Positions 29,814-41,019 of a stretch of DNA of 64,000 nucleotides are shown one piece after another (the first letter of the stretch is position 1; each line of letters starts with the position of its first letter). The DNA lies in NCBI GenBank assembly GCA_041946735.1, contig JBHGAY010000005.1, positions 1-64,000 on the forward strand, written 5' to 3'. This DNA comes from Candidatus Eiseniibacteriota bacterium (lineage in GTDB: Bacteria > Eisenbacteria > RBG-16-71-46 > CAIMUX01 > VGJL01). The notes beneath the pieces are model-generated. The model worked only from the letters and a program-made list of their open reading frames with translations. It was not told where the DNA came from and ran no database searches. Both the position numbers and the translations under genes were made by a program.

Positions 29814-30563
29814 ATGTGCAGGATGATCGCGGCCATGGGAGATGTCGACGCGGCCGCGTTGCGCGAAGCGCTCCGGGAGATGGCCGCGAACGACAATCCG
29901 GCGTACGTGCACGAGAAGCGAGCGCTCGGAGAAGCCTATCGGCACGAGGACGGCTGGGGCGCCGCATGGATCTCCGGAGACACGATTCACGTCCGGCACA
30001 GCGTTCACTCCCTGCTCGAGGATCCGCTCGCCGAAGAGCTGGACGAGCTGCGAACCGACCTCCTCGTTCTTCACGCGCGCCGGGCGAGCCAGTCCCACAG
30101 CGTTCGCCTCGAGAACACGCACCCGTTTCTGGTCGAGTATCGCGGGAGGATCTGGGCCTTCTGCCACAACGGCACGATTCAGGACACCCAGCACCTCCGT
30201 CCCGCCCCGGGATTGATCAAGGACGGGGACATCGATTCGGAGCTGCTCTTCCACCACCTGCTCCACCATCTCGATCCGGAGGACCCGGAGCGCTCGCTCG
30301 GCGAGGCGCTGGATCGTGTACAGCAATACACGGCGCTTCATTCACTGCTGGTCTCGCTCGACGGCATCACCGCCGTGTCGCGGCGGCATCCGGAGCACGG
30401 ACTTCCCGACTACCACACGCTCTGGGAGGCTGAGGGCGACCGCGTGCGTGTTCTATCCTCCGAGCCGGTCGACGCGCTCGGTCCACTCTCGTGGCAGAGG
30501 CTGCCCGATTCCGCCGTCCGCTTCTGGAAGCGAGAGCCATCGAGCGTGCTTGCCGGTCGCTGA
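29814..30563 (+). CDS. Class II (Ntn) glutamine amidotransferase, YafJ/EgtC-like
   Basis: N-terminal MCRM (Cys2 nucleophile), HEDGWG, HARRAS, ENTHPF, FCHNGTI, DSE; RBS GAGGAGG. Confidence 0.88.
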   Translation: MCRMIAAMGDVDAAALREALREMAANDNPAYVHEKRALGEAYRHEDGWGAAWISGDTIHVRHSVHSLLEDPLAEELDELRTDLLVLHARRASQSHSVRLENTHPFLVEYRGRIWAFCHNGTIQDTQHLRPAPGLIKDGDIDSELLFHHLLHHLDPEDPERSLGEALDRVQQYTALHSLLVSLDGITAVSRRHPEHGLPDYHTLWEAEGDRVRVLSSEPVDALGPLSWQRLPDSAVRFWKREPSSVLAGR

Positions 30564-30693
30564 AGGCCCGAGCCGTCGGGTGTCCCGTGCCTGACCGATC
30601 GATCGTGATCGAAAGAGGCGCGCCCCGGTTCCCGGGACGCGCCTGCCTTTCAGGTCGCCGCTGGGCGAGCACACCCGCCCGATCGCCTTTCGG

Positions 30694-31725
30694 TCAGCGC
30701 CGCATCGTGACGTACCGGCGCGCCATCTCGTCCAGATCGATGTCCGGGATCCGACCCGCGTGACCCGCCTGGCCGAATGCGATCATCCTCTCCTCGCAGA
30801 CCTTCTGCATCGCGTCGCGCGCCGGCTTGAGGTAGGCGCGCGGATCGAACTCCGCCGGCTTCATCGCGAAGACCTTCCGGATCGCGCCGGTCATCGCAAG
30901 CCGGTTGTCGGTGTCGACGTTGATCTTGCGCACGCCGTGGCGAATCCCCTCCTGGATCTCCTCGACGGGGACTCCGTAGGTTTCCGGAATTTCCCCGCCG
31001 TACTCGTTGATGATGTCGATCAGCTCCTTCGGAACGGAGGACGATCCGTGCATCACCATGTGCGTGTTCGGGAGCCGGCGATGAATCTCGGCAATGATCC
31101 CCATCTTCAGCACCTCGCCGGTCGGCTTCCGCTTGAACTTGTACGCGCCATGGCTCGTGCCGATCGCGACGGCAAGTGCGTCCACTCCCGTTTCGGCGAC
31201 GAACTGCTCCGCCTGGGCGGGATCGGTCAGGTGCGCGAGCGCTTCCGCGCCGGTCAGCCCCGCGCCATGGCCGTCCTCGATCCCTCCGAGGGTCCCGATC
31301 TCCCCTTCGACCGTAACGCCGCGCGCGTGGGCGTACTCGACGACGCGTCGCGTGACCTCGACGTTGTAGGTGTAGGGGGCGGGCGTCTTCGCGTCCTCGA
31401 GAAGGGAGCCATCCATCATGCAGCTCGTGTATCCCTGCTCGATCGCCGAGAAACAGACTTCCGCGCTCGATCCGTGGTCCTGGTGCATCGCGACCGGAAT
31501 GTGAGGGTGAAGCTCCACGGCGGCGAGGATCAGATGGCGCAGGTAGGCGTCCTGCGAGTAGGAGCGCGCGCCGCGAGACGCCTGGATGATCACCGGCGAG
31601 TCGGTCTTCTCGGCCGCCGCCATGATCGCCTGGATCTGCTCCATGTTGTTGACGTTGAAAGCGGCCACCCCGTAGCCGTGTTCGGCGGCGTGGTCGAGCA
31701 GGACGCGCATCGGAACCAGGGCCAT
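30694..31725 (-). CDS. fba: Fructose-bisphosphate aldolase class II
   Basis: [56 protein letters not shown]. Confidence 0.95.
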   Translation of the reverse strand: MALVPMRVLLDHAAEHGYGVAAFNVNNMEQIQAIMAAAEKTDSPVIIQASRGARSYSQDAYLRHLILAAVELHPHIPVAMHQDHGSSAEVCFSAIEQGYTSCMMDGSLLEDAKTPAPYTYNVEVTRRVVEYAHARGVTVEGEIGTLGGIEDGHGAGLTGAEALAHLTDPAQAEQFVAETGVDALAVAIGTSHGAYKFKRKPTGEVLKMGIIAEIHRRLPNTHMVMHGSSSVPKELIDIINEYGGEIPETYGVPVEEIQEGIRHGVRKINVDTDNRLAMTGAIRKVFAMKPAEFDPRAYLKPARDAMQKVCEERMIAFGQAGHAGRIPDIDLDEMARRYVTMRR

Positions 31726-31851
31726 CGTTGCCTCCCCGCAAAAGATGAATCGCCGGGGCGGGAGCCGCCGCCGGCGAGCCGCTCCGACAGGACCGGCAGC
31801 CCAAGGTTCTCTCCTCCCGGGCGGCCGGTCAAGCCGGCCGGTCGAGCTTTC

Positions 31852-32607
31852 TCAGGCCTCGAGATCGACGGCGAGCTGCAGAACCACACCGAGGTGATCG
31901 GACAACGCGTTGCCGCTCTCATCCTGCGCGGTCTGGACAAGGTCGATCTTGCGCAGAGACGGCACGAGGTCGGGGCTGACCCACAGGTAGTCGAGGCGCG
32001 CGCTCGGCTCGTCGGTCTCGAATGTGTAGCCCGGATCGTCCGGGCGCAACCGCTTCCACGCGTCGACCCAGCCGGCGTCGGCCATCCGCCGCATCGGTTC
32101 GCTGTTCGGCTGCCCGTTCATGTCGCCCGCGAAGATCGTCCTCTCCGGCACGCCGGCGAGAGCCGCCAGCGCTTCCTGGACGTTGTCGTTCGCTTGCGCC
32201 GGCACCCAGGAGAAGTGGGCGTTCCAGACATGGAGCGGGCCGGTCGGGAGATCGACGACGGCGTGGAGGAGGACGCGACGCTGGACGTCGTCCAGTCCCG
32301 GCTGCAGGGTCAGCTCGATCTTCTGCGCGAGCGTGGCCGGGAGCTTCGACAGGAATCCTGAGCCCTGGAGGACACCGTTGGGCAGCCGCATCGCCGGCTC
32401 GAAGACCGCCTGCGCGATGCCGGGAAGGAGGGTGGCGAGCTGCGTCGCCTGGTCGGGAGTGTCGCCCGCCGGGTTCTTCTGCACCGCCTGCAAAGCGACG
32501 ACGTCGGCTTCGACCTGCTCGATCGCCCGGCGGATCAGCTCCCTCCGGACGGACCAGGCTCCATATTTCGCCCCGTGATGGTTGATGTTCAGGGTCATCA
32601 AGCGCAA
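31852..32607 (-). CDS. Endonuclease/exonuclease/phosphatase (EEP) family protein
   Basis: LMTLNI, DVVALQAV (the usual Glu of LQE is Ala here), NAHFS, GDMN, RLDYLW, SDH. Confidence 0.85.
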   Translation of the reverse strand: MRLMTLNINHHGAKYGAWSVRRELIRRAIEQVEADVVALQAVQKNPAGDTPDQATQLATLLPGIAQAVFEPAMRLPNGVLQGSGFLSKLPATLAQKIELTLQPGLDDVQRRVLLHAVVDLPTGPLHVWNAHFSWVPAQANDNVQEALAALAGVPERTIFAGDMNGQPNSEPMRRMADAGWVDAWKRLRPDDPGYTFETDEPSARLDYLWVSPDLVPSLRKIDLVQTAQDESGNALSDHLGVVLQLAVDLEA

Positions 32608-33186
32608 GAACCGCCTCCTTCGCTCGCGCGGAGCGCAGCCCCCCGAAGATCGTGTCTCTGTCTTCGAGATTACCAGCGGCTCTGCGCTCGCGGCGATGCC
32701 GACGCTCGTTCACGACGAGAGAGGAGAGGGAAGAAACGGGAAGAGGAAGAGGGAGCGGGAGAGTGAGAGCGGGTAGGAGAATCGAAAAGGAGAAGACATT
32801 GGACGCGGAGCTCGGCGACGCGGTGAAGAATCCGCAACCTGGCTGGACTGAGCCGTCGCGTGTCCATCCGCGCGCGGCGCAACGCGGTCGCCTCTCGTCT
32901 CCCTCCTCCCCGGGTCCGATTGCTGCGCACGTTCGCCGGATCGAGTGGCCTTGCGCGGAGGCGCGGCGTCTTCGCGAAGGAACGCAACCGAGCCCTGAGC
33001 GTCCGATCGGAACGCGGCGCGCCTCGCCGCGAGCGGGTGGCACTGCGCATGCTCGCCTGCGATCCGAGAAGGACGGCGGTCCTCCCCTGTTCTGCTTCCC
33101 AGCGCCTGCTCGCCGCCGGCTCTGGACGCGGCCGGGCAGGCGCGGGAAGCGTGCAGGAGGCCGCCGCGCGCGGGCGGCCTCCTCGA

Positions 33187-35040
33187 TCAGCGCTCGAGGA
33201 CGAGGAGCCTCGTGAAGGCGCTTCTGCCCTCTTCCGACGTGAATCGGAGGAGATAGATCCCGTTTGCCAGACGCCGCGACGGAAGGATCGCCTCCCCCGC
33301 TCCCGAATCGCGGCCGCTGTCCGCGATACGCGCCGATCCGACAAGCCGGCCGGCGGGATCGAGGATGTCCACCTTTCCGCCGTTTCCCGGAAGCCCGCTC
33401 AGCCGCAGAGGTCCGCCGAGGTACGGGTTCGGCGAGACGCGGATCGAGAACGCGGCGGGAGAGGAGAGGTCCGCCTCGCCGACCGCCGCCGGATCGAGCA
33501 CGCCGCAGAAGCAACCGTGGTTCTCGATATCGCGGCGGATCTTCGGCCAGTCCATCCTCGCCTCGGGATCGACCGAGCTGCCGTCGACCTCGAACACGTA
33601 GACCCGGCCGTGGCCGTTCATGTCGGATCCGGCGGTCGTCACGTCCCAATCGCCATCGCTGTCGAAGTCGGCGATGTGGGTGCTGCAATGCGAGTTCAGG
33701 TCGCTCGGATTGTACAGGTTCTTCGGGAACCCGGTCAGGACCGTGCCGTCGAGGTTCATCGCGGTGAGCCACTGCTGCGACGACGCCCAGTAGGTGAAGA
33801 AGATCTCCTGGGTCCCGTCGTCGTCGACGTCCCCGACCGAGACCGAAGAGATCGGCTGGGCCGCCGCGGTCGTCCGCGGGTAGCCGGGAAGCTCGTTGCC
33901 GTCGGGATGCAGGATGTGGAGCTTGCCGTCCCCGGTGAGCGTGATGATCTCGAGCGTCCCGTCGCCCTCGAGGTCGGCGACCGCGGGCCCCGAGCGAGAG
34001 GACTGCCCTTCGACGGCGATGTTCCGCGGCCATCCCGTCATCACCGTCCCGTCGTGGTGCCAGACCCACAACTGATGCCCCTGCGACCCCGGATCCCCCT
34101 CCTGGGCGATGATCTCGAGGTCTCCATCGCCGTCGAGATCCGCGAGCGCCGGCGAGGAATAGACCGGCCGGATCACCTTCGGCCAGCCGGGCATCGAGGT
34201 GCCGTTGGCCCGGATCAGGTGCACGCCCCAGTTCGGGTAGCAGACGTTGCCGACGGCGACCTCGAGATCGCCGTCCTCGTCCACGTCCCCGATCGCCGGC
34301 GCAGACCATTGCGGGTTGTTGATCGGGACGGGCCAGGTGTAGGGCCACCCGGCGACCGCCGAGCCGTCCGGGTTGTAGAAGAAGACCCCGTTTTCCCCGG
34401 CGACGGCGACCTCGATCTCCGGATCCCCGTCGATGTTCGCGAGGACCGGGCAGGTGAGATTGGCGAGCTGCGTGTAGGGGATGTCCACCGGCCAGCCGGG
34501 CAGGGTATTGCCGAAGAAGTCGAAGAGCCAGAGCTTCGGCACCGGAAGGTTCGAGGTGATCGCGATCTCGGCCTCTCCGTCTCCGTCCAGGTCGCCGACC
34601 GCCGCGTGCTGCTGCGTCCCGTTGATCTGGACCGGCCATCCGGGAAGGAGAGCGCCCGAGGCGTCCCATACGTAGATGTAGCGGTCATCGGCGGCGACAA
34701 TCTCGGAGCTGCCGTCCCCGTCGAAGTCGTAGAAGACGGGAGTGGCGACGATCTCGCGCGTCGCCTGCGGCCAGCTACGCGGGCCGTCGAGAGCGTCGCG
34801 TAGGCCGTCGACGGCCTCGCGCGGGCCTTGACAAGCGACGCGGGCACGATCGAGATCGCCGGCGGCGCCGGGTTCTCCCGTGGCAGGCTGCCACCCAGCG
34901 GGATCAATCGCCAGACGGAGTCCGCCGGACGACGCGCTCTCGCCATCGAGCCGCCATGGTTCCGCATGGGAGGCGCTCGCGACGGGAGCCTGCAAGGCGA
35001 CGAGGGTCAGGACCGAGAGAAGAGCGAAAGCGAAGCGCAT
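33187..35040 (-). CDS. Secreted VCBS/FG-GAP-like repeat protein with C-terminal T9SS-like tail
   Basis: Signal peptide; repeated DxDGDGxxEI and LPGWP units; tail VSPNPY...ILDPAGRLV...NGIYLLRF. Confidence 0.85.
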   Translation of the reverse strand: MRFAFALLSVLTLVALQAPVASASHAEPWRLDGESASSGGLRLAIDPAGWQPATGEPGAAGDLDRARVACQGPREAVDGLRDALDGPRSWPQATREIVATPVFYDFDGDGSSEIVAADDRYIYVWDASGALLPGWPVQINGTQQHAAVGDLDGDGEAEIAITSNLPVPKLWLFDFFGNTLPGWPVDIPYTQLANLTCPVLANIDGDPEIEVAVAGENGVFFYNPDGSAVAGWPYTWPVPINNPQWSAPAIGDVDEDGDLEVAVGNVCYPNWGVHLIRANGTSMPGWPKVIRPVYSSPALADLDGDGDLEIIAQEGDPGSQGHQLWVWHHDGTVMTGWPRNIAVEGQSSRSGPAVADLEGDGTLEIITLTGDGKLHILHPDGNELPGYPRTTAAAQPISSVSVGDVDDDGTQEIFFTYWASSQQWLTAMNLDGTVLTGFPKNLYNPSDLNSHCSTHIADFDSDGDWDVTTAGSDMNGHGRVYVFEVDGSSVDPEARMDWPKIRRDIENHGCFCGVLDPAAVGEADLSSPAAFSIRVSPNPYLGGPLRLSGLPGNGGKVDILDPAGRLVGSARIADSGRDSGAGEAILPSRRLANGIYLLRFTSEEGRSAFTRLLVLER

Positions 35041-35200
35041 GGGGAACCTCCTGCGGATGTCGAGACGCGCTGTGCTGGGCTCATCATGAGTAGGTCGAAG
35101 AAATCCGGTGTTGAATCATAAGGGATTCGGGTGGCAGTATCAAGCCGCTGCCCTTTGAGGCGCACCTTGGTTCTCGGGGAAGCGAGGGGAGGGAGGGAAG

Positions 35201-35584
35201 ATGCGCTACCGATGGCATCTCGGCTACGTCGCGTGGATCCTGAACCGCGTGAGCGGGCTCGCGATCACCTTCTATCTTGTCATCCATATCTGGGTCATCC
35301 ACCACCTCTCGAAAGGTCCGGAAGGGTTCGAGAAGGTCATGGGGATGGTCCAGACGCCTTTGTTCAAGCTCGGAGAGATCGCGCTGCTCGGGGCGATCCT
35401 CTACCACGCTATGAACGGGATCCGCGTGCTCCTCGTGGAATGGGGACAGGGGTATCTCGTGCAGCGCCGGCTGTTCTGGTACGTCATGGCGGCGGGAGTC
35501 GTGCTGTTCGTCTTCGGCGCCTATCCGATCCTCATCTCCGCGATGTCGGGCGGCGTGCGCCAGATCGGGGAGGTGGTGCGATGA
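35201..35584 (+). CDS. sdhC: Succinate dehydrogenase cytochrome b subunit
   Basis: WILNRVSGL, YLVIHI, YHAMNGIR; three TM helices; first gene of the sdh operon. Confidence 0.9.
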   Translation: MRYRWHLGYVAWILNRVSGLAITFYLVIHIWVIHHLSKGPEGFEKVMGMVQTPLFKLGEIALLGAILYHAMNGIRVLLVEWGQGYLVQRRLFWYVMAAGVVLFVFGAYPILISAMSGGVRQIGEVVR

Positions 35585-35979
35585 GCGCGATTCGAGGCCT
35601 GAGGTCCGGCGGCTTCGCCGGCTGGTTCCTGCAGCGCATCACCGGCGTCCTGCTCGTGCCGTTCGTCCTGCTGCACGTCTGGGTCACGCACTTCAGCTTC
35701 GCCAACGGCTATCACCAGCAAGAGGTCACCTACCAGATGGTCGCGCAGCGCCTCGCGAGCCCCTGGTGGAAGCTGATCGACCTGGCGCTGCTCGCGATCG
35801 TTCTCTACCACGGCCTTCGCGGCACGTGGGTGATCGTGCAAGAGGGGATCCAGCGGCCCTGGCTCCGCGTCTCGCTCTACTGCGCGATCCTCGTTCTCGG
35901 CGCCGCCCTCGCGGTGCTCGGGACCGTGACGATCCTGCCGTTTCGGGCCCCGTCCGGCCTGACGACGCAGGCGTTCTAG
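35581..35979 (+). CDS. sdhD: Succinate dehydrogenase hydrophobic anchor subunit
   Basis: [23 protein letters not shown] overlap with sdhC. Confidence 0.88.
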   Translation: MSAIRGLRSGGFAGWFLQRITGVLLVPFVLLHVWVTHFSFANGYHQQEVTYQMVAQRLASPWWKLIDLALLAIVLYHGLRGTWVIVQEGIQRPWLRVSLYCAILVLGAALAVLGTVTILPFRAPSGLTTQAF

Positions 35980-35992
35980 GAGGGAGGGGAGG

Positions 35993-37744
35993 ATGGGAAG
36001 CGGATCGCAACGGCATCGACACGATGTCGTGATCGTTGGCGCCGGGATCGCCGGTCTGTACGCCGCACTGAAGACCAGCCGCGAGTTCGACACCGCCGTG
36101 GTGTCCAAAGTCTACCCGACCCGCTCGCACTCCGGGGCCGCCCAGGGAGGCTGCGCCGCCTCGCTCGGCAACATGCAGGACGACCGCTGGGAGTGGCATC
36201 TCTACGACACGGTTCGTGGCAGCGACTTCCTAGGTGACCAGGATGCGCAGGAGATCCTCGTGCGCGAAGCGGTCCCGGTGATGTACGAGATGGAGCATCT
36301 CGGCATGCCGTTCTCTCGCACTCCGGAGGGCAAGATCGCTCAGCGTCCCTTCGGAGGCCACTACTCCGACTTCGGCAAGGGCGCGATCGCCCGCAGCTGC
36401 TACGCGGCCGACCGCACGGGACATGCCCAGCTCCACACCCTCTACGAGCAGTGCGTGAAGCAGGGCGTCCGCTTCTACAACGAGTTCTACGTCACGCAGC
36501 TCGTGATGCGCGACGGGGCCTGCGTCGGACTCGTCGCGTGGGACTTCCAGCGCGGCGGCCTGCACGTCTTCGGCTCCCGCGCCGTGATGCTCGCGACCGG
36601 CGGCTACGCCCGCGCCTGGCGGATCACGACCAATGCCCACGCGAACACGGGCGACGGCCTTTCCTTGATCCTGCGAAGCGGGCTGCCGCTCGAAGACATG
36701 GAGTTCGTGCAGTTCCACCCGACCGGCATCTATCCGCACGGGATTCTCGTCAGCGAGGCGGCTCGCGGCGAAGGGGGGCTGCTGTTCAACGGGCTTGGCG
36801 AGCGGTTCATGGACAAGTACGCGAAGGCGAAGATGGAGTTGGCGCCGCGCGACGTCGTCTCGCGGGCCGAGCAGACGGAGATCGACGAAGGCCGGGGCGT
36901 CAACGGCCAGCCGTACATCAACCTCGATCTCCGGCACTTGGGCGAGCAGAAGATCCTCGAGGTGCTCCCCCAGATCCACGAGCTCGCGCTGAAGTTCTGC
37001 GGAATCGACTGCGTGAAGGATCCGATTCCGATCCAGCCGAGCGCGCACTACTCGATGGGAGGGATCCCGACGACCGTCGACACGCGCGTCGTCTCCGACG
37101 AGAAGGGGACGGCCGTTCCCGGTCTCTACGCGGCCGGGGAATGCGCCTGCGTGTCGGTCCACGGCGCGAACCGCCTGGGCACGAACTCGACGCTCGAGTG
37201 CTGCGTGTACGGCCGCCGGGCGGGGCTCACGATGCTCGCCGACCTGCGCGCGCAGCAGGGGGAGCCGCCCGAGCTGCCGGAGGATCCCGACGGTCCGGCA
37301 CGCGAGGAGATCGCGCGTTTGACCGATCGCGCTTCGACGGGCGAGTCGCCGGCGGAGCTGCGGGAATCTCTGCAGGCGGGCATGAGCCTGAGGTGCGGGA
37401 TCTTCCGCAACGCGAACGATCTCGAGGCCCAGCTGGCGGAGGTGCGCGCGCTCCGCGACCGCTACGCGAAGGTGCGCGTCTCCGATCCGAGCCATGCGTG
37501 CAACACCGAGCTGGTGGAAGCCCTGGAGCTCGGGCACATGGTGGACTATTCGGTCACCATCGTCGCCGGCGCTCTGGCGCGGAAGGAGTGCCGCGGCGCC
37601 CACTGGCGCAAGGACCATCCGGGCCGCAACGATCAAGAGTGGCTCAAGCACACCTTCAGCTGGCTCGATCCGAAGGGGAACGTCCGTCTCGCCTACCGGC
37701 CGGTCGTGATCCAGCGACACCAGCCCGAAGAGCGGAAGTACTAG
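35993..37744 (+). CDS. sdhA: Succinate dehydrogenase flavoprotein subunit
   Basis: [16 protein letters not shown] (covalent FAD His), [28 protein letters not shown]. Confidence 0.95.
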   Translation: MGSGSQRHRHDVVIVGAGIAGLYAALKTSREFDTAVVSKVYPTRSHSGAAQGGCAASLGNMQDDRWEWHLYDTVRGSDFLGDQDAQEILVREAVPVMYEMEHLGMPFSRTPEGKIAQRPFGGHYSDFGKGAIARSCYAADRTGHAQLHTLYEQCVKQGVRFYNEFYVTQLVMRDGACVGLVAWDFQRGGLHVFGSRAVMLATGGYARAWRITTNAHANTGDGLSLILRSGLPLEDMEFVQFHPTGIYPHGILVSEAARGEGGLLFNGLGERFMDKYAKAKMELAPRDVVSRAEQTEIDEGRGVNGQPYINLDLRHLGEQKILEVLPQIHELALKFCGIDCVKDPIPIQPSAHYSMGGIPTTVDTRVVSDEKGTAVPGLYAAGECACVSVHGANRLGTNSTLECCVYGRRAGLTMLADLRAQQGEPPELPEDPDGPAREEIARLTDRASTGESPAELRESLQAGMSLRCGIFRNANDLEAQLAEVRALRDRYAKVRVSDPSHACNTELVEALELGHMVDYSVTIVAGALARKECRGAHWRKDHPGRNDQEWLKHTFSWLDPKGNVRLAYRPVVIQRHQPEERKY

Positions 37745-37758
37745 AGGGAGGTGCGGGG

Positions 37759-38463
37759 ATGAAGAGGACCTTCCGTATCTGGAGAACCGAGCCGGACGAC
37801 CCGAAGAAGGGCTCGTTCAAGGAGTACACGATCGAGGTGCCACCAGCCTGGACGGTGCTCGACGCCTTGAACGAGATCAAGTGGCGCGTCGACGCCTCTC
37901 TCGCGTTCCGCCGCTCGTGCCGCCACGGCATCTGCGGATCGTGCGCGATGACGATCGACGGGAAGAACACGCTGGCGTGCGAGCTTCAGGTCTCCTCGTG
38001 CAAAGGGAGCGTCATCACGGTCGAGCCGCTCCGCTCGTTCCCCGTGCTGCGCGACCTGATCGTCGACCAGAGCGACTTCTGGGCCCGCTACGACTCGATC
38101 AAGCCGTGGCTCATCACGACGAAGGAGTCGCCCACCGACAAGGAGCGGCTGCAGTCTCCGGAGGATCGCAAGAAGATCGACGGGACATGGGAGTGCATCC
38201 TGTGCGGCGCGTGCACCTCCTCCTGCCCGGTCTACTGGAGCGATCAGCGGTTCCTCGGGCCGGCGGCGATGATGAAAGCCTACCGGTACGTCTTCGACTC
38301 GCGCGACGAAGGGCTCGGCGAGCGTCTCGAGATGCTGGACAACCGCTTCGGTCTCTGGCGCTGCCACACCATCTTCAACTGCGTGGAAGCCTGTCCGAAG
38401 GGTCTGAACCCGACGGCCGCGATCGTGAAGCTACGCCGGAGGGTCACCGCCGAGCGGATCTGA
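37759..38463 (+). CDS. sdhB: Succinate dehydrogenase iron-sulfur subunit
   Basis: SCRHGICGSC, LAC, CILCGACTSSCP, CHTIFNCVEACP; RBS GGAGG. Confidence 0.95.
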   Translation: MKRTFRIWRTEPDDPKKGSFKEYTIEVPPAWTVLDALNEIKWRVDASLAFRRSCRHGICGSCAMTIDGKNTLACELQVSSCKGSVITVEPLRSFPVLRDLIVDQSDFWARYDSIKPWLITTKESPTDKERLQSPEDRKKIDGTWECILCGACTSSCPVYWSDQRFLGPAAMMKAYRYVFDSRDEGLGERLEMLDNRFGLWRCHTIFNCVEACPKGLNPTAAIVKLRRRVTAERI

Positions 38464-38558
38464 GCCGCCGGGGATTTCGGAGCGCGCGACCCCGAAGCCG
38501 AAGGAGGAGCCGGGTGGAACGACCCACGCGGCTCCTCTCGCGTGCTACGCTCCCGGCG

Positions 38559-39428
38559 ATGCCGATGCAGCCGATTTCCGTCCCGCAGGCCGAGGCGCAA
38601 GGCGCCTCGCGCCGTGGCACCCGATCCCGCCGCCTCCTGAAGGAGATTCTGGTCGTCGTCGCGTGCCTCATCGCGGTCACCTCGGCGATCGAGCTGGCCG
38701 GCTGGGACCTCGCGCTGTCCCGGGCGTTCTACGATCCCGCCGCGAACCCGGCCTGGTGGGGACGCGAACGCCAGCCGCTCCAGTTCCTCTACGACTACGG
38801 CACGTGGCCGGCGCTTGCCGTCGGGATCGGCTCGCTCTTTCTCCTTCCCGCGACATGGTTCGTGCGGCGCTTGCGTCCCCACCGGAGGAGCTTCGCGCTC
38901 TTAGCCCTCGTCCTCGCTCTCGGTCCCGGACTGGTCGTCAACACCGCGCTCAAGGATCACTGGGGACGGCCGCGTCCGCGCGAGCTGCGCGAGTTCGGCG
39001 GCACTGCCGCATACCAGGGGGTCGAGGATCCTGGCACTCCCGGTAAGGGGAAGGCGTTCCCGAGCGGACATGCGTCCATGGGGTTCTACTTCGTGAGCTT
39101 CTACATTCTGTGGCGCGACGACGCCGCACGACGCGACCGCGCGGCGGGGCGGCGCGCGAGCGCGAGAGCGACGGCGGCTGCGACGGCGAGAGCGCAGGTC
39201 AAGGCGCGGGCGAGCGCGAGGGCGAGAGCGGCTTTGGCCTTCGGGATCCTGGCGGGCTGCGCCATCGGCCTACAGCGGATCGCCTCCGGCGGGCACTTCC
39301 TCACCGACGTGCTGTGGGCCGGCGGGATCGTCTATCTCGTGGCGCTGCTCGTGGACTTCGCGCTGCCCGCTACTCCGGAGCTCCGGCGTCGACCCAATCC
39401 CGGAACAGCGCTCGCTCGTCCTCGGTGA
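38559..39428 (+). CDS. PAP2 family membrane phosphatase (lipid A phosphatase-like)
   Basis: KDHWGRPRP, FPSGHAS, QRIASGGHFLTDV; start uncertain. Confidence 0.85.
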   Translation: MPMQPISVPQAEAQGASRRGTRSRRLLKEILVVVACLIAVTSAIELAGWDLALSRAFYDPAANPAWWGRERQPLQFLYDYGTWPALAVGIGSLFLLPATWFVRRLRPHRRSFALLALVLALGPGLVVNTALKDHWGRPRPRELREFGGTAAYQGVEDPGTPGKGKAFPSGHASMGFYFVSFYILWRDDAARRDRAAGRRASARATAAATARAQVKARASARARAALAFGILAGCAIGLQRIASGGHFLTDVLWAGGIVYLVALLVDFALPATPELRRRPNPGTALARPR

Positions 39429-39783
39429 GTCCTCCGCCGGGCGGCATCGCCCGCTGCTCCCAAACCTTCAGGCGGATCGCCGACCGGCGCGCATAGGCGC
39501 GGGCGTAGGTGTCGAGCGGCACCTGGGGATACATGATCCCGCCCGGTTGATGGCAGCTGCAGCTGCGCTCCATTACAGGGTGGACCTGCTCGGTGAAGGT
39601 CACGTCCCCGCCGTTGGGGTCCGGTTCCCCGTCGCCGGGCGGGGCGGTCAGCTTCTTCCCGCCATCCGCGCCGCACCCGGCAAGGCAGAGGACGAGTGCC
39701 GCGGCCGCGGTAGCGGCGATCGCCGCTGCCGAAGCCATCCGGCCGCGTGGACGCCGGCAACGCTCTCCTCCTGGCTGTCGCAT
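39370..39783 (-). CDS. Lipoprotein cytochrome c-like protein with contracted CSCH heme motif
   Basis: Lipobox LAGC; VTFTEQVHPVMERSCSCH...AMPP...LFRDWVDAGAPE resembles small monoheme domains; alternative start 39738. Confidence 0.7.
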   Translation of the reverse strand: MRQPGGERCRRPRGRMASAAAIAATAAAALVLCLAGCGADGGKKLTAPPGDGEPDPNGGDVTFTEQVHPVMERSCSCHQPGGIMYPQVPLDTYARAYARRSAIRLKVWEQRAMPPGGGLTEDERALFRDWVDAGAPE

Positions 39784-39828
39784 GCGCTGTCCCTTCCCTC
39801 GCACGCCTCTCTCTCGCGCTCCGCGCCG

Positions 39829-41019
39829 TCAGAACGACAGATAGAGCATTGCGATGAGATCGAAGACGTCGTGGTTCTCTCCGTAGCGCCGTCGCCCCTC
39901 GTCGTCGAAGCCGTAGATGCGCGTTCCCCGCGCGTAGGCTTCGAGACGCAGGAGCGGCAAGAGGTCCGATTCGATGCCGGCCGAGACGCGGTCGCGTCCC
40001 GTCTCGGCGAGGTCGAGATCGGGATCGAAGCGGTCGTATTTCGCGGTGAGGCTGATCGACGGGCGGATCTCATACCATCCCTGCACGAAGCCCGCCTCTC
40101 CGTCCACCGACGAGCCGTGGTCCGGATCGTTGGTCAGACGGTCGTACTCCGCGAGCAGGACCACCGGGCCCCGGTGAAGCTGTCCGAAGGCGCCGTAGCG
40201 GTACGTCCTGCCCCTCTCGCCGGTGTTCAGGCGGCCCGTATCGAAGAAGCCGGAGGCGCCGAAGCCGATCCAGTCGCGGAACCAGGCAGCGCGCCCGGTC
40301 ACCGCCTTCTGGTCGTTGTCATCGAACCCGGGCAGGCCGAGTCGCCCGTTCGTCAGCGCGAGATCGACTTGCACGTTCCGCGGAGTGAAGGTGACGGCCG
40401 CGCCCGTGTCGTACGCATTCGGGCCGAACCCCAGGGAGTCGCGCGTGAAGGTGCTGTGGTCTTCGACCTCGAGACCGAACGCCGGCTTGAACCGTCCCAC
40501 CTTGAGGCTGGCGGACAGCGGCAGCGAGCGGATCAGGCCGTAGGTCTCCGCGACCGCGCCCTGGTCGTTCGAGTAGACGAGGGTGAGACGGTCGTTGAGG
40601 TCGGCCGCCACATGGACCGTCGCCTCCATCAGGAAGAAGGAGGACCGGTCGGACGGCAACTGGTCTTCGGATTGCAGGTAGACCGAGCGCACGTCGGCGC
40701 CGAACCGCAGGCCGTCCGCGATGCGAGGATCGAGGACAGGCTCGCGTTCCTCCGCGGGCGTAATCGTGTGGCCGTTCCATGCGTAGAGGAAGCCCGTTTG
40801 TGCGCGAACCCCGCCGCCCGCCGGGTCGACGTGACAGCGGCCGCACGCCATTCCGGTCCGCGTCGCGTAGAGCGGCCGCGCCGAGGCGCGAGAGGCTCCG
40901 AGGAGCGCGAGCGCGGAGACGATGATGGCGAGCGCGATCGGGATCGGGATCGCGAGCGGAATCGCGAGCGGAATCTCCCGGGGGCCTCGCGAAGACTTCA
41001 CGGCTTCTCTCGCTCTCAC
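39829..41019 (-). CDS. Cytochrome c-porin fusion (Cyc2-like outer-membrane protein)
   Basis: Signal peptide, then RPLYATRTGMACGRCH, then beta-strand-rich body (LKVGRFKPAFG, LLAEYD, TAKYDRFDP) ending YLSF. Confidence 0.7.
   Translation of the reverse strand: MRAREAVKSSRGPREIPLAIPLAIPIPIALAIIVSALALLGASRASARPLYATRTGMACGRCHVDPAGGGVRAQTGFLYAWNGHTITPAEEREPVLDPRIADGLRFGADVRSVYLQSEDQLPSDRSSFFLMEATVHVAADLNDRLTLVYSNDQGAVAETYGLIRSLPLSASLKVGRFKPAFGLEVEDHSTFTRDSLGFGPNAYDTGAAVTFTPRNVQVDLALTNGRLGLPGFDDNDQKAVTGRAAWFRDWIGFGASGFFDTGRLNTGERGRTYRYGAFGQLHRGPVVLLAEYDRLTNDPDHGSSVDGEAGFVQGWYEIRPSISLTAKYDRFDPDLDLAETGRDRVSAGIESDLLPLLRLEAYARGTRIYGFDDEGRRRYGENHDVFDLIAMLYLSF

Noticed and set aside
32608..33186. 580-nt gap with a purine-rich tract, considered as ncRNA or small gene
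   Set aside because: No recognisable RNA family motif or convincing coding signature by eye; needs an Rfam scan.
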